From UHGV virus genome UHGV-0314755: 10,374 nucleotides of DNA. The stretch is one strand, 5' to 3'. Numbering within the stretch: position 1 is the stretch's first letter; each line of letters begins with the position of its first letter. This DNA comes from a virus. Both the position numbers and the translations under genes were made by a program. Below the pieces are notes generated by a model that saw only the letters and a program-made list of their open reading frames with translations, was not told the origin of the DNA and did not search any database. This document shows, in pieces, positions 7,339-10,374 of this stretch.

Positions 7339-8049
7339 TCAGAAGAACCCTGCCTTGTCGTTGATGTACTCCGCGTGCGTCTGGATATCACGCAGGCATT
7401 TGCTCACACCGACGATGTAGCAGAACATGGTGGTCAGCTCCGCCGCCGCGCCCGATACGTCGTGCCCGTCTTCCTGTAACTGGTTCAGCAGATTCATCAG
7501 CAGTGAGTTTTCCGTCAGGCCGAGAACACCAGACGGAGAATGAATCAGGCTGCGGTAGCCGGGCTTCAGTGGGGCGCTGTAGGTTTTGTTCTCTATCTTC
7601 ATTGCCTGCATCACTGCTGATGCTGTGGCGTTGGCTACCTGGTCGGCAACCATCTTTATGCGTTCTTCCTGCGGGAGCGAGTTTTTAATGTAACTTCCTG
7701 TGCGGCGGATCTGAGGAAGAACCTCACCTGTAACCCATTTACGAAAGCGGTAGGGGATAGTGCCTGGTGTTACTGCATCGCGGCAGCGGAGGATCAGTGT
7801 GTAGAGGCCTGACTCGGAGATGATGTTGATCTCTTTTACTCGGCTGTCAAAAATTGCACGATGTTCATGCCCTATGTTGAACATAGACCTTTCATCATCA
7901 TCCAGTTTTTCAAGTGATTGGGTGACGTTTTGGATACGCAGCGCACTACAAACGTCTTGGGCTACAAACCATGGTTGGCCATCGATAATGATGGAACGGA
8001 TAGGGTTAACAGATTCAAATTTGAAGATGGCAGTTTGAGCATTAGCCAT
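7339..8049 (-). CDS. ant: Phage antirepressor, 236 aa: Bro-N-type N-terminal domain plus Ant-type C-terminal domain
   Basis: N-terminus MANAQTAIFKFESVNPIRSIIIDGQPWFVAQDVCSALRI matches the Bro-N / P22-antirepressor N-terminal signature (F.F....IR....DG.PWFVA.DVC..L). Preferred start is ATG 8049, with SD GGAGA and an 8-nt spacer; the ORF track's extension to 8064 uses a GTG with no SD. The C-terminal ~65 aa are about 45% identical to the 85-aa protein encoded at 8365-8622. Confidence 0.85.
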   Translation of the reverse strand: MANAQTAIFKFESVNPIRSIIIDGQPWFVAQDVCSALRIQNVTQSLEKLDDDERSMFNIGHEHRAIFDSRVKEINIISESGLYTLILRCRDAVTPGTIPYRFRKWVTGEVLPQIRRTGSYIKNSLPQEERIKMVADQVANATASAVMQAMKIENKTYSAPLKPGYRSLIHSPSGVLGLTENSLLMNLLNQLQEDGHDVSGAAAELTTMFCYIVGVSKCLRDIQTHAEYINDKAGFF

Positions 8050-8060
8050 GGTGGTTATCT

Positions 8061-8145
8061 CCACTTAGTGATTTTAATCACCACCGCAACGCCAATTACT
8101 GGTGGTGAACTGGACAAGGTTGGCGTACCGGCCTAAGTGGTACCG
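8061..8145 (-). promoter_or_regulatory. Candidate promoter/operator region of the antirepressor gene
   Basis: Minus-strand -10-like TAAAAT (8076-8071), about 20 nt upstream of the ant start region. An 8-bp inverted repeat, TCACCACC (8078-8085) / GGTGGTGA (8101-8108), sits over the -35 region. The 8-mer CCACTTAG occurs at 8061-8068 and 8234-8241, and inverted (CTAAGTGG) at 8133-8140. GTACCGGC is directly repeated at 8125-8132 and 8140-8147. Promoter assignment is tentative. Confidence 0.35.
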
Positions 8146-8205
8146 GCGTCCTTTCGGACCCCTGCCCAGCCCACCATAATTCGGATATAGCTGTGCTTAA
8201 CGCAT

Positions 8206-8228
8206 AAAAAAACCACGTCTGGCGTGGT
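8206..8228 (-). terminator. Rho-independent terminator on the minus strand, between the small Ant-like gene and the antirepressor gene
   Basis: Minus strand reads ACCACG-CCAGA-CGTGGT followed by TTTTTTT (plus-strand A7 at 8206-8212). It lies downstream of two further hairpins (8247-8262 and 8262-8283). Confidence 0.55.
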
Positions 8229-8302
8229 ATGCGCCACTTAGTAACTCGGGACGCCAATCCCGGCACTGGATTTTGCCAGTGCCCGATTACTATGGCACAA
8301 GA

Positions 8303-8346
8303 GGAGTGCAATGTAAATTTACCGCAAAGGTAAATATAAGCACTCC
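8303..8346. promoter_or_regulatory. Operator copy 2: TTACC-gcaaa-GGTAA (8319-8333) embedded in a longer imperfect palindrome
   Basis: Exact TTACC(N5)GGTAA core, flanked by the inverted 7-mers GGAGTGC (8303-8309) and GCACTCC (8340-8346). It lies 19 bp downstream of the small Ant-like gene's stop and about 270 bp upstream of the ant start. Confidence 0.5.
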
Positions 8347-8364
8347 ATTTGGTAATTGCAAACC

Positions 8365-8622
8365 TTATCTGGTTTGTTTTCGTAATTGTTCGGCACAATA
8401 GTCGAGATGTGTTTGCAGATCCTGCATAGACATCTGTGAGCTGGTGACGTAGTTAATCAGTGCAGTCAGTTCGGCAAGTGGGCCATCGACATTAAATCCA
8501 TCCTTATCGAGATCCCGGAGTAATTTCATCAAGTGCGATCCCTCCACCAGTGACCTGACGCCTCCCGGCGTGTGAATCCTTTCGGTAAATCCGTCTTCCA
8601 GTGGATAGTGATACTGCTGCAT
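8365..8622 (-). CDS. Small antirepressor-like protein, 85 aa: free-standing homolog of the Ant C-terminal domain, probably SOS-controlled
   Basis: Preferred start ATG 8622 (SD GGAG, 8-nt spacer); the ORF track's start at 8637 has no SD and would leave only 7 bp between the start codon and the LexA box. The sequence TERIHTPGGVRSLVEGSHLMKLLRDLDKDGFNVDGPLAELT...DLQTHLDY aligns with the ant product's LIHSPSGVLGLTENSLLMNLLNQLQEDGHDVSGAAAELT...DIQTHAEY. A near-consensus LexA box lies immediately upstream. Confidence 0.75.
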   Translation of the reverse strand: MQQYHYPLEDGFTERIHTPGGVRSLVEGSHLMKLLRDLDKDGFNVDGPLAELTALINYVTSSQMSMQDLQTHLDYCAEQLRKQTR

Positions 8623-8642
8623 CTTAATCTTCTCCATGCAAT

Positions 8643-8662
8643 AACTGTATGTTTATACAGTA
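8643..8662. promoter_or_regulatory. LexA (SOS) box upstream of the small Ant-like gene
   Basis: AACTGTATGTTTATACAGTA matches the E. coli LexA consensus TACTGTATATATATACAGTA at 17 of 20 positions, with CTGT-N8-ACAG intact. It overlaps a TATAAA -10-like hexamer on the minus strand and is the only such box in the window. Confidence 0.8.
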
Positions 8663-8699
8663 GCAAATAATTTGTTTGCTATCCAGCACGTTTTGCAAA

Positions 8700-8714
8700 T
8701 TACCTGAAAGGTAA
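8700..8714. promoter_or_regulatory. Operator copy 3: TTACC-tgaaa-GGTAA in the divergent region between the small Ant-like gene and the tailspike gene
   Basis: Exact TTACC(N5)GGTAA, preceded by the palindrome TTTGCAAA (8692-8699). It lies about 80 bp upstream of the small gene's start and about 105 bp upstream of the tailspike ATG. Confidence 0.5.
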
Positions 8715-8818
8715 TATCTATTCATATTCACAGTCTTTCTATCCATATGTGGTTTTTCAGGTAATAGAATAACCAGATATGCGGCGCAACGGGTGCTGCG
8801 ACTATCTGGAGATTTAAC

Positions 8819-10374
8819 ATGACGGTCTCAACCAAAGTTGACCACAACGAATACACAGGTAACGGCGTTACGACATCGTTTCCGTATACTTTTCGAATTT
8901 TCAGAAAATCAGACCTGGTTGTTCAGGTGTCTGACCTGAACGGGAACGTAACAGAATTGGTTCTGGATACCGGTTATACGGTAATTGGGGTGGGAGCTTA
9001 TAGTGGTGGTACAGTGGTTCTTCCGTCGCCGCTTGCTGCTGGCTGGCGAATCACTATAGAGCGTGTGCTTGATGTGGTGCAGGAGACTGACCTTCGAAAT
9101 CAGGGGAATTTTTTTCCAGAAGTTCATGAGGATGCATTTGACTACCTGACGATGCTGATTCAGCAGTCTTTTTCTGGTCTATCTCTTGCACTCAGAAAGC
9201 CATCACGTTTATCAAATTATTATGATGCTCGTGATAACAGAATCCAAAACTTAGCAAGCCCAATTCTCCCGAACGATGGTGTAAACCGTAATTTTGTAGA
9301 AAACCTTTTTATTGATAAAAGCGCATCTGCTTCTGCATTGCGCTCTTTGCTGGAAAGCGCAGCTGGGGCTGGAATAATTGGTACATTGCAGGGATTAACC
9401 GTTCAGTCAGTTTTAGATAATGTAAAAATCCCACTGACGTCATTCGTGTTTTCTATTCCTGATGATTTTGCTAATGCAGATTCTTTAGCAGAATATCTTG
9501 AAAATAGATGCTATACCGGCACGCAAGTAATAGTACATGTCTCAGCAGGCACTCATAATTGGAATACTCTAAATAAGATTTTTGGGAAAGAGTGGGGTTT
9601 TGGCCGACTTAAATTTGTTGGTGAAGGAATGGATTTGACAATTATTCAGTTTCTTAAACAGGACGGAATTTATGCTGAAGCAGGTGAGTGTTATGGTCAT
9701 GCGCCACAGTTTCCCGTGAGTGGTGGTGATATAATACCAATATTTAGTAATTTAACTATATCAGGAATTGACAGAGATTCAGGAATTGATGATCCATATC
9801 TTGATTCAATGGGGATAAGGGCGTTTGACGGCGGTGTTGTTGTACTTGATGAAAGCGTAAGAATAACTCAGTTTTCCAGGTGTGGAGTTATGGCTGAGAG
9901 GCATGGTATAGCTTTTGTTCCTGGGGTTAAAGTCGATACTACAGGTTCTGATTGTTTCGCTGCCTCTGAAGGTGGTTATATCTATTGTCCAGACTCTACA
10001 GCAAGCAACCCGAAAGGTCATTGCTACATCGCATATTCTGGAGGGCAGCTTTATATGCCTAACTGTATTGCCCAGAATGCAGAGACACACAACTCGTCAA
10101 ATGTAGGGGGATCTGGTCTTGTGTTGACCGGAAGCAGTTACGCTTACGCTATTAATCTTCAAACTAAAAACAATGCTCAACGTGGAATTAGTGTGGCGTT
10201 AGGGTCTTTTCTACGAGCTGACGGGTTTACTGAGAGTGAAAATATTCTACCTGTGACTGTTTCGCAGGGTTCCACGTTGGTTTCTCCAAATTGCACAATA
10301 AACAAACCAGATGCTCTTGCGCTTTTAATTGAGAAAGGAGGAAAGGCATTTTTCCAGGTAGCAACAACTGATAA
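8819..10374 (+). CDS. Tailspike protein, 5'-partial view (518+ aa; runs off the window end), with an epsilon15/Det7-type conserved N-terminal particle-binding domain
   Basis: Not in the supplied ORF track because no stop falls within the window; I translated it by hand from ATG 8819 (SD GGAG 8808-8811) and found it open to the end. N-terminus MTVSTKVDHNEYTGNGVTTSFPYTFRIFRKSDLVVQV...ETDLRNQG...LTMLIQQ matches, from memory, the conserved N-terminal domain shared by tailspikes of epsilon15-like and related enterobacterial phages. The downstream part is lower in GC and not recognisable. Confidence 0.88.
   Translation, partial: MTVSTKVDHNEYTGNGVTTSFPYTFRIFRKSDLVVQVSDLNGNVTELVLDTGYTVIGVGAYSGGTVVLPSPLAAGWRITIERVLDVVQETDLRNQGNFFPEVHEDAFDYLTMLIQQSFSGLSLALRKPSRLSNYYDARDNRIQNLASPILPNDGVNRNFVENLFIDKSASASALRSLLESAAGAGIIGTLQGLTVQSVLDNVKIPLTSFVFSIPDDFANADSLAEYLENRCYTGTQVIVHVSAGTHNWNTLNKIFGKEWGFGRLKFVGEGMDLTIIQFLKQDGIYAEAGECYGHAPQFPVSGGDIIPIFSNLTISGIDRDSGIDDPYLDSMGIRAFDGGVVVLDESVRITQFSRCGVMAERHGIAFVPGVKVDTTGSDCFAASEGGYIYCPDSTASNPKGHCYIAYSGGQLYMPNCIAQNAETHNSSNVGGSGLVLTGSSYAYAINLQTKNNAQRGISVALGSFLRADGFTESENILPVTVSQGSTLVSPNCTINKPDALALLIEKGGKAFFQVATTD

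Noticed and set aside
7503-8136. Plus-strand ORFs antisense to the antirepressor gene (7503..7688, 7820..8038, 7918..8136)
   Set aside because: Antisense to a gene with a clear Bro-N domain signature, with no start signals.
8230-8300. Possible tRNA-like element in the structured region between the antirepressor genes
   Set aside because: The hairpins do not arrange into a cloverleaf with acceptor stem, anticodon loop and T-arm, and there is no GTTC-type T-loop. Better explained as a 3' UTR or sRNA hairpins plus a terminator.
8096-8398. 100-aa minus-strand ORF across the ant upstream region
   Set aside because: It spans the intrinsic terminator, hairpins and operator palindrome, has no SD, and has an odd W/C-rich composition. 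The region is better explained as regulatory or structured RNA.
8637-8637. Upstream ATG (8637) as the start of the small Ant-like gene, giving the 90-aa form in the ORF track
   Set aside because: It has no SD and would leave only 7 bp between the LexA box and the start codon. The ATG at 8622 has GGAG at proper spacing. The 90-aa form cannot be fully excluded.
8909-10106. ORFs inside or antisense to the tailspike gene (8909..9127-, 9806..10090-, 9915..10106+)
   Set aside because: The tailspike frame is open and continuous from 8819 to the window end with a conserved N-terminus. These are off-frame artefacts.
1-10374. CRISPR array, integrase or attachment site, IS or transposase
   Set aside because: No regularly spaced direct repeats, no recombinase-like ORF, and no terminal inverted repeats flanking a transposase-sized ORF were seen. 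The cargo appears to be phage 'moron'-type rather than an IS insertion.

Overview
This window reads as a temperate enterobacterial phage or prophage region, spanning the late/structural-to-tailspike junction. From left to right: (1) two large, translationally coupled plus-strand genes (710 aa and 1129 aa) that look like internal virion/DNA-ejection proteins; (2) an AT-rich cargo ('moron') block of three small orphan genes (146-aa secreted protein, 149-aa and 210-aa cytoplasmic proteins) bracketed by intrinsic terminators; (3) an antirepressor module on the minus strand, with a 236-aa Bro-N-type antirepressor and an 85-aa free-standing homolog of its C-terminal domain, the latter sitting behind a near-consensus LexA (SOS) box; (4) the 5' 1.55 kb of a tailspike gene with an epsilon15/Det7-type conserved N-terminal domain followed by a low-GC, presumably swapped, receptor-binding part. 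The most notable unannotated signal is a 15-bp palindrome, TTACC-N5-GGTAA, present exactly three times, each in the upstream/intergenic regions of the minus-strand genes (210-aa gene, antirepressor, small Ant-like gene), suggesting one repressor controls all three. No rRNA, tRNA, CRISPR array or transposase was seen. All functional calls rest on reading the translated ORFs and motifs by eye; no database search was run, and the three cargo proteins have no recognisable family.
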